From: an uncultured virus (IMG/VR IMGVR_UViG_3300019132_000039)
Lineage: Duplodnaviria; Heunggongvirae; Uroviricota; Caudoviricetes
Strand: one strand, 5' to 3'
Length of the DNA stretch: 60,366 nucleotides
IMG/VR virus record: IMGVR_UViG_3300019132_000039
Position numbers and translations under genes: made by a program. This document shows positions 48,001-57,869 of this stretch, piece by piece (position 1 is the stretch's first letter; each line of letters starts with the position of its first letter). The notes below the pieces were generated by a model. It ran no database searches. It saw only the letters and a list, made by a program, of their open reading frames with translations, and had not been told where the DNA came from.

Positions 48001-50045
48001 GCTCGCAAAATTCGTTTATGCCTTGTCCCAAATCCCATATTATAGAGATAACGGTCTTTATTATTGGTCCATCTCCAAGATTCTGTTGCTGCCCCATCAG
48101 GACTATAACGATGCGTGGTATACCCGTATTGATCCAAATACACTCGCCCGCAACCATGAACAGTACCAACAATCCCTTCCCCATGGTCAAAGGTATACGT
48201 TTTATTGACCGTTGAAATCTCATCTTTCTCCCAAATAAACATGTAATAATTCTGAGCATCTTTTACCCGGAACAAAAGACCGATAGCATCATCGTCAATA
48301 GGATCTGTTAAGCGAACCTTCACACTAAACTGGTAATCTTGTTTCCCCATTAAATCTGTTAGTGTTCCATTAATCATTTCTTTTCTTTGGTAGAATCCAA
48401 TGACATCATCGGCATTTTCTAAATACTCTATGACGTTTTTTCCCATTTCTGCAACATAAGAATACCGCCATTTGCTTACATCTGCATCATTGCCAATAGT
48501 CGCCCATTTGGTTTTATCAAGTACATCAAGAGTATTAGGATGAAGGCTTTTCTTAAATCCTACATTGGCACACACTTGCCAATTGGTTGTATAAGTAGTA
48601 GTGCGCTCTGTATATCCTTGTCCATTTGCCTCCCATGTAAATGACCATTTTGTTTTTTGACGCTCTGGAATAATCGAACAGCGATGCAGAATAGGATTAT
48701 TCTTGATAACTGTATTTTCTTGTAAGGCATTTATCCATGGAGTTTGATTAAGTCCGTTAGCCTTTGCTTCAATCGTATAAGACATAATTTCATTGACCTT
48801 TGTATCTACATTTGAATTATCCGTTAAAGCAGTAATGTGATACATGAGATTTCCCTGGTCATCTTCAATATAGAATTTCGCCTCTGATGGAATACTTGGT
48901 GTCCCAAATGGAAGAGATAGTTCAATCATTTCTTTTGCATTCAGCTTAGCTCCTCCTATGGGGATACCGATATTTTTCCATTCTCCCGAATATTCTTCTC
49001 GTTCATTCTTTAAAAGAGCCTCTGGATTAATGCACCAATCTGTGATATGACCTACTGTGACTTTTACAGTCTGATTATCGACTCCCTTATATTCAGCTAC
49101 TACTCGGTGTGAAAAAATACGTGGAATCCGTGGATCATGTTCGGAACGTTGCGGAACAATGAGCTTATACCCTTCCCCATTTTCTTTAGGTACCACCGCA
49201 AAAATCTCTTTTTCATGGTGTTCTATCATGGCTTGTCGAACTTCTTCTTCTGGTCGTTTTTCAAAGGCACTCACTCCGTTAATAATACGAAGCTTTCCAC
49301 CTTCAAGCATTTGTTTGCTTTGTTGATCAACAACAATAGTATTGTCTTTATTGGTGTACAGTTCAATACTTCGTTTCACGCTTTGCACATGCTCATCTTT
49401 TACCACCCTGTCAATATGATTGTATCTTACTTTAATTGTGTCGGTTTTGTTAGTGGTTTTATGCAAATAGATGCGAACCGAATAAATGCGAGGATTTAAT
49501 GCATGAGCTTGAACATAGATATCATACTTATAGGAATCATCTAAGGCATTTCCGTTTTCATCAGTTAATTCAATTTGTTGGCCATTGTATTTTTCAACGA
49601 CATATTCACCTTTTTCATTCGGAATTGCCATTTTACTATCATAGTGATAATCAATTTCAAATTTATAATAGAGCGCATTTTCTGTTCGGATTTCATTCTT
49701 TTTAAATTTCCGTGTCACGCTGACCTTATTACTTGGAAATGTATTCTTCGGCGGTCGAGGACGCACTTCACCATTTCCAATCATATCAACATATTCTAAT
49801 TCCCCTTGACTGTTAGCAACGACAATGGATTCCAACTGGTCTTGAGGAATGACATTATCCGATACATAGGAAGTATCAATAAGTGAAATATTTTCATCTG
49901 ATTGAACTCGTGGAGTATGGATATAGGCGAGATTTACGCCGCCTTCTGGAACCTCTTTTCCTACTCGGAGAGCAAAGGTTTGATTGGGTAATGTTGACTT
50001 ATATTCTTGTATTTTTAGCCCCTGTTTTTCTCTTTCAAGAGGCAT
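45036..50045 (-). CDS. Giant putative virion protein with thrombospondin-C-like lectin domain and C-terminal CBM-like domain
   Basis: 1669 aa; DDDAIGLLFRVKDAQNYYMFIWEK; DTRTRGGGL; NLLPNPEF. Confidence 0.65.
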   Translation of the reverse strand: MPLEREKQGLKIQEYKSTLPNQTFALRVGKEVPEGGVNLAYIHTPRVQSDENISLIDTSYVSDNVIPQDQLESIVVANSQGELEYVDMIGNGEVRPRPPKNTFPSNKVSVTRKFKKNEIRTENALYYKFEIDYHYDSKMAIPNEKGEYVVEKYNGQQIELTDENGNALDDSYKYDIYVQAHALNPRIYSVRIYLHKTTNKTDTIKVRYNHIDRVVKDEHVQSVKRSIELYTNKDNTIVVDQQSKQMLEGGKLRIINGVSAFEKRPEEEVRQAMIEHHEKEIFAVVPKENGEGYKLIVPQRSEHDPRIPRIFSHRVVAEYKGVDNQTVKVTVGHITDWCINPEALLKNEREEYSGEWKNIGIPIGGAKLNAKEMIELSLPFGTPSIPSEAKFYIEDDQGNLMYHITALTDNSNVDTKVNEIMSYTIEAKANGLNQTPWINALQENTVIKNNPILHRCSIIPERQKTKWSFTWEANGQGYTERTTTYTTNWQVCANVGFKKSLHPNTLDVLDKTKWATIGNDADVSKWRYSYVAEMGKNVIEYLENADDVIGFYQRKEMINGTLTDLMGKQDYQFSVKVRLTDPIDDDAIGLLFRVKDAQNYYMFIWEKDEISTVNKTYTFDHGEGIVGTVHGCGRVYLDQYGYTTHRYSPDGAATESWRWTNNKDRYLYNMGFGTRHKRILRATPSTKSPHPNPNSQSNVWDGTTRYPQDKTNCQFTDITDFSINYNAKGWEYGKDYKITVVVTGNLFRIYISENVHSDDLGELVCQAIDNTHTQGTYGIFCISQRWTYWYDLKMTEIQMDTVCTEKKEIVLMDTNEKKLSNYTAPDLLEPLIKERANTVFNGAPYEIFGYYGRSDGDFTVRIDSRTNFIYGKTNNSAAGGVVRTPWTTDANGLSVKGTGTVEYHSDGHFTILFSPSILPTEQIPSNVLGFTWNTPRITSGENVSISLVPPNRIQVTATVPSIHIVGQPYVLDDDAIVKSDGIKHLAYVFDTDGVEGFYKKLNIPNNIPPEEIMLRIERGKVKAIHANGVATVENAEHRVNYRFRCQKEGYVRLPVDQFQDQLGVNRLRLKSLLQSDGTLDPAIKVDVVAWTTFQELEAVPLFAIKIEEERKIEIEKPKVEHRHMEYENWYLRVKNGRFLKRIQLPYHEVGSGEKPPEIYIAYPQLLGMVQHPNQVVEVDLEYSLPEYTNQEFHNRPYVLIDKELPIILNEYAIQTRYAPIVLKSEHGHSFLDVYSIRNNQRRILRVSDVDAVKGIIYLHDRIREQDEVYVRYAYQEDWYTYRGFEKDQTFFHLDLNPTPGHRHTIATNGFHRWIPIDRDQETYTSKDVDNTELLVKPIHLYLRPSCIRYVNYNQESNQSIGDIIPGTARNRVLLHTDEEWWFNPKDYRYDPTMLRLGKVVLQANSIISDHMTILDTRTRGGGLDESLSKEIIRQVNKESLYHWDIGYFDGEAYQENGVIIVRLPRSILKSDTNPNGFHESMIQQAIAKHKAYGILPIIEYYDEVTDESRFNLLPNPEFLHGHHIGYYDPARSKGNYEIRYIMLGSGDNHVLQITDDAEYAITVPGYKFKNGGYQLDIKALKEQTASIRSAGTVNIYYKNGESKQIQLPPVNRDQWMVYKADVEITSSVHHVTITLNKTTEERKGRIIYDYVMLRPNPRVSEENTEIHEI

Positions 50046-50070
50046 AAGATGACCTCCTTTTCATATTGAT

Positions 50071-50106
50071 GAAAAAGTCAAAGGGGAATTAACCCCCAAT
50101 GACTTT
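50071..50106 (-). terminator. Possible intrinsic terminator
   Basis: AAAGTCA..GGGG-loop-CCCC..TGACTTT followed by TTC on the minus strand. Confidence 0.45.
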
Positions 50107-53100
50107 GATATATACATAGTTAGCTGTTTCTTCAAATCCCATATCATAGGAAACTTTCACCATGATATTTCCGTGACGTTCTTCTAAACCAGAAATCCGC
50201 AAGTGAACTTGACCATACGCATCTGTGACCAAAGTTTCTGTTTTCTTTTCTCCATGTGTATTTCGATACTCGACTTTTACTGTATACCCAGTTCCTACTG
50301 GATTCCAATGATGATCTCTGAGTGTGACTTGAATGGTAGCATCATCTTCTACTCCAGCCATGACAGTAAGTTTTTCGGCCATAATATCTAGGTAATACCG
50401 TTTTAATTGTTGGTCTACATAGTAATTTAATAGAACTTCTTGGATGATATCCTCACAATGGATTCGGTAAACGCTGACCAATTCATCTGTTGGAACAGGT
50501 TGGTCATATAGATATACCTCTCCTGCCATGTTCGTGTTTCCTTCAAATACTAGGACATCATCACGGAAAATTTGAACTCGTTTATTTGGACAAGGATTAC
50601 CATATGAGTCAATCACTTTTACCGTTACAAGCACCTTTTCCAGCCCAGAATTGGATAAGGTTTTATCTGAAAGATGAACCATGATTTCTTTTACTGCCTG
50701 CTCTTGTTGTTCCGTAATATACAAAAACCCTGAATGGTTATGATTTAAAAGCGGATTAAATACCACTTCAGTAGCTCGATAAAATGGAGTATCCTTGGCA
50801 GCTTCATAAATAATCTCCATATTCACCATTTTCTTTGGATCATAATTATTATGCAGCCTAATCTTAGCAACATCTTTATTAACAAAACCATCAACGATAT
50901 CAGCATTCATATCAATGCAATAACTGTATAAGAGCTTATAACGAATCTCGATTTGGTCGGTCATATGCAATTCTTCCATGAATTCAATGGCTGATTCCTC
51001 TTCATGGAAAATATAATCATGATTCATCAGTGTTTTTCCATTGACTTTGACTTTTAGGGTTTGCTTGTCAACACCCTTATACTGAAGATAATATTTTGCA
51101 TACCCGTTTCCATGAAATTCTTCTTTATTTTCTAATGTCAGATTCCAGTTTTCATCATAAAACGTCACTTTGCGAAGATTATTTCCTTCGTTATCTCTTA
51201 CAATAATTGCACTTCCCTGTTGAGGACGAGGGCTAATCTGAATTTCATGAAAGACATCCGGGGTCTTTTTATGAACCACTTTTTGCGCATACAGATAATA
51301 TTCTCGGTCTTCGTGATAATAGTAACCATTATGAATCATTGGATTCCACGGTAGCGGCCGAGCTTGTTTGACTTGTGCAAACAGACGATACCCCAAATAT
51401 GGAGTTAAGTAATGTGGTGAAATACGTTGATACCCTTTTCCTGGAATCGACCAATGCAACCGCATAAGGGCTTGACCAATATGATCAAAATAATGAATAC
51501 GAATTGGATGCCATTTTCCTCCTTCCAAATAAATACTAGCTTCATAGTCTGGGAAGTAATCAGGGTTTCCAGTTACATGCCACTTATCAATGATTTGCTT
51601 ATCACGCACCCATAATCGAAATCCATCATTGACTGTTGCTTTAAACCGGTAAATTCCGGATTCTGGTGCATACAAATAACCGTTCCATGAAACAGCAAAA
51701 TCGTTGGAAGAAGGCAAATCTTTTGGACTATTGTATCCCCAATTAAAGCAAAGAGAGCCTTCATAATAAGGATCATTGTAGTTTGGATTGGAAGATTGGC
51801 TTGGTGTATCTTCTTGGAAATCCAATTGTGAATATTTTTTCTCTCCTAAATAGTATTTTTGTGTAGGGTCATATTTGTCACGATGATAATAGGTTCCAAG
51901 AAGACCTCGCATTTTTCCTCGATCTTCTTCAATCCACAGCTTTACAAATGGGTTACTGCTAGTAACTTCTATTTTTTCGATCATCGTGTTATCCGGCTGA
52001 TAATCCTCACTAACGGTTGGATCCGTTGGATCTAGTTCCAATGGATTTGCAATATGAATAATTTCTTTCATCGTAGCGGTATATGTGGTTATATCTTCTA
52101 CCCACTTGGAATACCAATCGGTATACCATATATAGGCATCCATATAATCAGAATAAAAATCAACTAGCTTATTATCACTATGCAGTCGATATTTCACCCG
52201 TGGCTCCTCCGGAAACTCAGGATCATAAATATCAATAAATGGCCCTTGCAAAGTTTCCCTTACAAGATTATTAGGGAAAAAGACTACCTCTGTAGAAACA
52301 TTCACCATATCCGCTTTTCCGGCACCATCGCCAAAAAACGGCCGTTTTCCATTGACTTTTCCGTATCCAATATATTTTCCTGATGACCATGGTATATAGC
52401 GAGGGTCTTCTTTACAATGGATGACAATCTGATCATTATGATTGGAAGTCAAGATGATTGGCATCCCCATAAGACCTTCCTTTGCTAGAGATTCTGGATT
52501 TCGATGAACATTCTCTGTTGTCAAGTTAGGATTAGCAGCAAACCACATCACCACATCTGGATGATTGTCCCAAGCATATAACAAATAATGAATGACTTCA
52601 TATCGATCTGGCATTCTTTCATCTGTCTTTTCCGGATGCACATAATGCTCAGGAGCTGGTGGAATATTAGCTATTATATTTTCCTCGCTATTCACAATAC
52701 CACTATTAATGATATCTGCCGGAAAAATGGCTTTATACCATTCTTTTGTACGTATTAAGACTTTGGTTCCGGGAGGTGCATTTTTGTAAGTCTCCCATCC
52801 AGCCCATTTGATTTCATCATATGTCGGATCAATGGCTGCCTCAATCGGAATAAGTGTATATTTGGTCCATTTATTCGGCGTAAAAGAAGCCAAAGGATTA
52901 AAGGTCATCCATCCCCGATAGGCATACACCTGGTCTTCGAATAACTTCGTTGTAGTTTCTACGGGAAATTCACAAGACCACATAATCAGCTTTTTTCCAT
53001 CAAAATGAAAGTCATCCCAACACTCAATGATTGGTTCATCAGGAGCAGGAGGTTTTGGTTCTTCAATTACGCATCCAGCCTCTGATTCTTCTTTTGGTGG

Positions 53101-55053
53101 CGGCTTAGGCGGGTCCTTTTTGATAGGTTTTAACAATTCATAAGTAGCTTTTTTATTGATGTATTCAATTCGATTAAAAAATTCCGCATAATCTTTTTTA
53201 AATACATTGGCAATATCTGACCACACCATTAGACCTGTTTCATAATTGCGATGATCTGGGGTGACTTCTACAATTCCACATCGTACGTAACATTTGCTAT
53301 AGGTTTTTCCAGCATCAGTCGGATTATTATTTTTAGCAATAATTTGACCGGCTAATGAAGTCACAATGACAGTACCTGTAGGCACAGGATATTGCGGATC
53401 ATCCCATACTTCTCCAACAATCGATGTAATCGTAACATTAGACTGAGCAGCCACCGAGTCTTTGCTTTTAATATATTCCATAGCATTTTGAGCATGAATA
53501 CGACTACCAATTCCATCAAATTCAAACCATCCTGTTTGCGGAACTCGACCGCTTATATTTTCATATGCCGTATGTGTTCCAGCTGTGACTACGATATTGG
53601 TACTTTCTCCAATCGGATTCGTTATTGATCCTTTAGTGGAATCTTTTAAAGACCCAGCAATCCAAATAAAATCAATGGTGTTAGTATCCACTGTTGGAAT
53701 ACTAGCTTTTAAGGCATTGGCCTTTTGTTTGGCCTGCGTGATACAGTAGTTATATCCTGTTCCAAGTGTTTTGGTTGCTTGATTAGATGTATGCCATCCG
53801 GTTTCCGGAATTCTACCTTGGATAATCTTTTTCTCCTTTACTTCAATACGATGGAATTGCACCGCTTGAGATACATTGACCATCCCAAATGATCCTTTTT
53901 CCCAATCGGTTTCAAAATCAAAAATTTTACTCCAAACCCCATTATCACGAATAAAAATTTGCACCCGTTTTCCTATCGAGTTAACTTTAATGGTATGAAG
54001 TTCATTTAGGTCCCATCCTTTTCCGTTTCCTAAATCTTTAACACTGGAATCATACCCTGGTGTTCCTGAGCTTGGAGTTGTGTCTACTCGCCTCATGACA
54101 CCATTTGTCACTTTATAAATTCGGCGATGCTTTAATCGCCATCCACGATTATTGACATAATCATCCCATTGAGAATCACTCATATAAATAGAAGATTTAC
54201 AGTTATCGGCTTCTACTCGGTTTTCCCATGCACTTTCTCCACTAGTCAACATATTAAATCCTTCTAGATTATCCGGTGCTCGCCATGATCCTTTTACACG
54301 ATTATGTCGTTCCCATAACATCATATAGAAATTTTTATTATCTTTCGCTTTGAAAATCAATCCCACAATATCGTCATCATTTCCACCTACATGTTGGTCA
54401 TTGGTTGCAAGAACTGTTTTGAAATCGAATTCAGCTTCATAATCAGTCAAATCATAATAATGCTTAGCGATAATACCTGAGAAGCGGCCGACATTGGAAT
54501 AATCATAAACATATCCGCTGCTATGCCGTTTCCATGTAGTACTATCCCCATAACCAATAAATTGACCATTTTGCGAGGTAAAAAAACTTCGAGCATCAGA
54601 AATAGATTTACTTACTACTGAGGCTTTCCATGAAACCGCATATTCTACTGTATTTCTTGCTTGGTAGGCTTTTTTACCTGACCATTTTAATGCATATTTC
54701 ATGTTCATTCGCCAGACTGTAGCTTCAAAACAAGCACGTGCCTCCCACATACGTTTTACAGGAAGCTCCTTATCTTCTTGAATTCGATAAGCGATGGTTT
54801 TCTCTGGATGAGCATGAATTCCAAATTTATATGGTTTTTCATTATAGGTTTCTAACGTTTGTCCTGTGTAGTGAATGCCATATTCAAAAGGGATTTCAGG
54901 ATAAATCATGGTTTCATGACGTTTTTTTCCTCGAAGACGCACAGCGTATTGAAACGTTTCTTCTCCGTTTTCTTCTTTAGGACGTTTAACTAGTAGGTCA
55001 TCATTATCGCCAATCCCTGAATGAATGGCATTTCGCTTTCGTTTCTTGCTCAT
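50089..55053 (-). CDS. Giant putative virion protein with TSP-C-like, PA14 and Ig-like domains
   Basis: DDDIVGLIFKAKDNKNFYMMLWER; PA14 FNWG...FAVSWNGYL.APESG.Y.F....DGFRLWV...LEGGKWHPIRI.Y; C-terminal D.YGNP Ig-like repeats. Confidence 0.7.
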   Translation of the reverse strand: MSKKRKRNAIHSGIGDNDDLLVKRPKEENGEETFQYAVRLRGKKRHETMIYPEIPFEYGIHYTGQTLETYNEKPYKFGIHAHPEKTIAYRIQEDKELPVKRMWEARACFEATVWRMNMKYALKWSGKKAYQARNTVEYAVSWKASVVSKSISDARSFFTSQNGQFIGYGDSTTWKRHSSGYVYDYSNVGRFSGIIAKHYYDLTDYEAEFDFKTVLATNDQHVGGNDDDIVGLIFKAKDNKNFYMMLWERHNRVKGSWRAPDNLEGFNMLTSGESAWENRVEADNCKSSIYMSDSQWDDYVNNRGWRLKHRRIYKVTNGVMRRVDTTPSSGTPGYDSSVKDLGNGKGWDLNELHTIKVNSIGKRVQIFIRDNGVWSKIFDFETDWEKGSFGMVNVSQAVQFHRIEVKEKKIIQGRIPETGWHTSNQATKTLGTGYNYCITQAKQKANALKASIPTVDTNTIDFIWIAGSLKDSTKGSITNPIGESTNIVVTAGTHTAYENISGRVPQTGWFEFDGIGSRIHAQNAMEYIKSKDSVAAQSNVTITSIVGEVWDDPQYPVPTGTVIVTSLAGQIIAKNNNPTDAGKTYSKCYVRCGIVEVTPDHRNYETGLMVWSDIANVFKKDYAEFFNRIEYINKKATYELLKPIKKDPPKPPPKEESEAGCVIEEPKPPAPDEPIIECWDDFHFDGKKLIMWSCEFPVETTTKLFEDQVYAYRGWMTFNPLASFTPNKWTKYTLIPIEAAIDPTYDEIKWAGWETYKNAPPGTKVLIRTKEWYKAIFPADIINSGIVNSEENIIANIPPAPEHYVHPEKTDERMPDRYEVIHYLLYAWDNHPDVVMWFAANPNLTTENVHRNPESLAKEGLMGMPIILTSNHNDQIVIHCKEDPRYIPWSSGKYIGYGKVNGKRPFFGDGAGKADMVNVSTEVVFFPNNLVRETLQGPFIDIYDPEFPEEPRVKYRLHSDNKLVDFYSDYMDAYIWYTDWYSKWVEDITTYTATMKEIIHIANPLELDPTDPTVSEDYQPDNTMIEKIEVTSSNPFVKLWIEEDRGKMRGLLGTYYHRDKYDPTQKYYLGEKKYSQLDFQEDTPSQSSNPNYNDPYYEGSLCFNWGYNSPKDLPSSNDFAVSWNGYLYAPESGIYRFKATVNDGFRLWVRDKQIIDKWHVTGNPDYFPDYEASIYLEGGKWHPIRIHYFDHIGQALMRLHWSIPGKGYQRISPHYLTPYLGYRLFAQVKQARPLPWNPMIHNGYYYHEDREYYLYAQKVVHKKTPDVFHEIQISPRPQQGSAIIVRDNEGNNLRKVTFYDENWNLTLENKEEFHGNGYAKYYLQYKGVDKQTLKVKVNGKTLMNHDYIFHEEESAIEFMEELHMTDQIEIRYKLLYSYCIDMNADIVDGFVNKDVAKIRLHNNYDPKKMVNMEIIYEAAKDTPFYRATEVVFNPLLNHNHSGFLYITEQQEQAVKEIMVHLSDKTLSNSGLEKVLVTVKVIDSYGNPCPNKRVQIFRDDVLVFEGNTNMAGEVYLYDQPVPTDELVSVYRIHCEDIIQEVLLNYYVDQQLKRYYLDIMAEKLTVMAGVEDDATIQVTLRDHHWNPVGTGYTVKVEYRNTHGEKKTETLVTDAYGQVHLRISGLEERHGNIMVKVSYDMGFEETANYVYIKVIGG

Positions 55054-55064
55054 TCATTGGCCTC

Positions 55065-56525
55065 CTATCTTTCAGACTCAAATACATACTCTCTCCATAC
55101 ATCAATATTGGAATCCCAAATATTTGGCACATACCCCAATCCGGTTAATTGTTGATCAATCGTATCCCAAAACCCTTCATCCCAGTTGAAGTGGTCCCAC
55201 ATCACCGGAGCGATGGTATTAATGTATTCCACCCAATTGATTAGTGTAGGAGTCGCCTGCCCATCAGAGGTAAACATCATTTTATATAAAGAAGGATGAG
55301 CCTTATCATACAGCTGATATTTTTCAATTCCATAAATAAAACTGATTTCGTGTGATTCTCCTGTTCCTGTAGCAAAAATCCGAATATTTCCGATCTCATC
55401 AATTTCATATTCATGTTCTTCAAGCGGCTGATGATCCACACGAAGTGTACGAACATCGATCCGCTTCCCTGTGACATTTTTTAAATAAAAATCTTTGGTG
55501 TCATCTTTCCAGATTAAAGGTTTTCCGAATCGATCTTTTCGCTGAATTAAATTTAAATCTCTCGCAATTCCGTGTGTCAATCCAATATCATGAGTTCCAG
55601 ATGGATAACGAAAGACATCAAGAATTCGTTCTTTGAATGTGGCATTTTTCTCTAAATGCAGTCGCTGCAATCCTACCAAAAGACCAAATTCGTCTAACGC
55701 ATTCCACACATGATAATCGACAGGCTCAACGGTATATGAGATACGAACTCCGTTTCGTATAATATCAAATCGAAGTGTACCATAACGTCGAGAGGTGTAA
55801 AATCGTTTTTCCTCGTAATCAAAAATACCGCCTTCATTTCGGTCATTATAGAAAAATTCTTTAATGGTGTCTAACACTATAACAGGAATCGTTGTTCCTC
55901 CACTAAGCACTCGATACACTTCTATATGATCGGACATTTGCAGATCCGGTAATGTATACATATAAATCCAATCATACACATGGATATCAACTGTACTAAT
56001 GTACTTTTGTTCCGAAATCCATTCTAAATAATCTTGAACTGTTTCTAATTCTATTCCAAAATAGTTTAAAAATTGTTGACCGATACTTTGAGCAGATTGC
56101 CGAATCAATGTCCAATTTGGATACTCATGAGCCATTCGTTGCGTAAACGATGTATACCAATAATGATTTACAAATACACAGTAAATCCCCGTGCTGTTTA
56201 CGGTAAACTCGATGGTTTTGTCCTTTTCATTTAATATATGAGACACTTTCGTCCATTGTTTTTGTGTTTCGTGATATCGACAAACCATTGCATGTTTAGC
56301 ATGAGTTCGTGTTAACCGATTGGCATAGGGAATCCGTATCCGAATGTTTTGATTCGTTGCAACAGAAGACAAATGAAACTGCAATCGAGTTGGCTGATAA
56401 TCTGCATAGTCTTGAATATTAATAGATAGATTCTCGTAATTTAAAGATTCATCGAAAAATTGTCTCCAACTTAACGGCTCTGTACTTTCAATCCATATAT
56501 CTTCATGTTGAATGACATAGGCCAT
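55065..56525 (-). CDS. Putative structural (baseplate-like) protein
   Basis: LDEFGLLVGLQRL..E.N..FKERIL resembles a baseplate-wedge/tail-protein-I-like motif. Confidence 0.5.
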   Translation of the reverse strand: MAYVIQHEDIWIESTEPLSWRQFFDESLNYENLSINIQDYADYQPTRLQFHLSSVATNQNIRIRIPYANRLTRTHAKHAMVCRYHETQKQWTKVSHILNEKDKTIEFTVNSTGIYCVFVNHYWYTSFTQRMAHEYPNWTLIRQSAQSIGQQFLNYFGIELETVQDYLEWISEQKYISTVDIHVYDWIYMYTLPDLQMSDHIEVYRVLSGGTTIPVIVLDTIKEFFYNDRNEGGIFDYEEKRFYTSRRYGTLRFDIIRNGVRISYTVEPVDYHVWNALDEFGLLVGLQRLHLEKNATFKERILDVFRYPSGTHDIGLTHGIARDLNLIQRKDRFGKPLIWKDDTKDFYLKNVTGKRIDVRTLRVDHQPLEEHEYEIDEIGNIRIFATGTGESHEISFIYGIEKYQLYDKAHPSLYKMMFTSDGQATPTLINWVEYINTIAPVMWDHFNWDEGFWDTIDQQLTGLGYVPNIWDSNIDVWREYVFESER

Positions 56526-56543
56526 CTTACTCGCCCCTTATCA

Positions 56544-56557
56544 TGTAATGCATTACC
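56544..56557. promoter_or_regulatory. Operator-like palindrome variant
   Basis: TGTAATGCATTACC (13/14 match) just upstream of the RBS. Confidence 0.55.
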
Positions 56558-56582
56558 AATTTATATATCAACAGTATAACAT

Positions 56583-56626
56583 AAAAGAAGCACCTAGAGT
56601 ATCATTTCTCTAAGTGCTTCTTTTTT
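56583..56626. terminator. Intrinsic terminator
   Basis: AAAAGAAGCAC.TAGAG...CTCTA.GTGCTTCTTTTTT. Confidence 0.75.
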
Positions 56627-56631
56627 AAAAA

Positions 56632-57255
56632 TTACAGAGAATTATCATAAGCTGTAATTACATAGTAGTATGTGACTCCATTAGCTACAGTGGTATCTTC
56701 AAAGGAAGTTTCTGTTGCAGCAGCTGCACCAATCAATGTGTATGGACCTCCATCAACTTCAGAACGATAAATGTTATATCCGGCTAAGTTTTCGTTTAAC
56801 TCCGGATCCAGCTCATTTTGTACGGAGCTCCAAGAAAGAACAATCTTTCTGTCAAATGCGGCTGCAACCAATCCTTGAGGAATAGATGGAATCGTTTTAA
56901 CAGCCAATTCATTCGATTTGACTCCTTCATTGGCTGTTTCTTCATCATCAAAGGCAGATACGGCATAGATATAAGAAGCCCCGTCTTTCATAGTATTATC
57001 AGTAAATGATGTTGTATTGGCATTTACTTCACCAATTTGCACAAAGGTATCTCCTGCATTTTTCTTGCGATAGATTCTGTAGCCACCAAGATCTGTGAGC
57101 GTAGAACCATCACTATTGGTTGTCACTGCATCCCATGTTAAAAGAACTTGTCCTTGTGCTAAGGTATACTGCAAGTTTTGCACTTGTGCAGGAACTAGGA
57201 CATCACTAGCCATAGCAGATACCTGTGTAGAATACATAGATTCTAATCGTGCCAT
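56632..57255 (-). CDS. Tandem fibronectin type III domain protein
   Basis: Two L.W...GY.IYR...F.D....G..Y.Y.(V/I).A.D units. Confidence 0.85.
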   Translation of the reverse strand: MARLESMYSTQVSAMASDVLVPAQVQNLQYTLAQGQVLLTWDAVTTNSDGSTLTDLGGYRIYRKKNAGDTFVQIGEVNANTTSFTDNTMKDGASYIYAVSAFDDEETANEGVKSNELAVKTIPSIPQGLVAAAFDRKIVLSWSSVQNELDPELNENLAGYNIYRSEVDGGPYTLIGAAAATETSFEDTTVANGVTYYYVITAYDNSL

Positions 57256-57282
57256 ATTTTCACCCCTTATGAAAAGAATATT

Positions 57283-57777
57283 TTATATACAAGCCAAATG
57301 GCTTTGTACTTTTACTAAATAGGGAGATGAAGCCAAATGAGACGGAGCAATATGCCCATCTTCTCGTTCAGGAACCAAGTCAATTCCTATATGTGTGTAA
57401 ATATGATCAATAATTTCTGAGCAAATCACTCGATTTGCTTGCTCCCATATAGGTGCAAATCGAATGAATTTTTGTGTAACAAATGAAAGAATTCGAAGCC
57501 AATCATATCCTTGATTAGTGTGAATACGGTTCTCTATATAATTCTTTAAATCCAATTGTTGCTGTAACGTTAAGCCCCGTTTATATCGAAATACATCAAA
57601 CGTTTCACTCCGGATTGGACGAATGGCTAAACGTCGATGAATATCAATTTCGATCATTTCTTGATGATTCATAGCCATAGCGACATGTGTATATTCCGAA
57701 TTTGTGAACCATCGAATCAAAGAAGAAATCACAGGAGTATTTCCTTTGAATAGAAGAATATCACCAAGTTGAATCAC
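57283..57777 (-). CDS. Permuted papain-like NlpC/P60 (YiiX/YebB-like) protein
   Basis: GDILLF, S.YTHVAM, YD, ICSEII and I.P..L, with His before Cys. Confidence 0.75.
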   Translation of the reverse strand: MIQLGDILLFKGNTPVISSLIRWFTNSEYTHVAMAMNHQEMIEIDIHRRLAIRPIRSETFDVFRYKRGLTLQQQLDLKNYIENRIHTNQGYDWLRILSFVTQKFIRFAPIWEQANRVICSEIIDHIYTHIGIDLVPEREDGHIAPSHLASSPYLVKVQSHLACI

Positions 57778-57869
57778 TCTAAAAGACTCCCTTCGTATGA
57801 CATTCTCCTTTCTATTTTTTTATCTTATGGATGATTTTTAAATTTTTCAACTATGATTCTAGAAGGACA

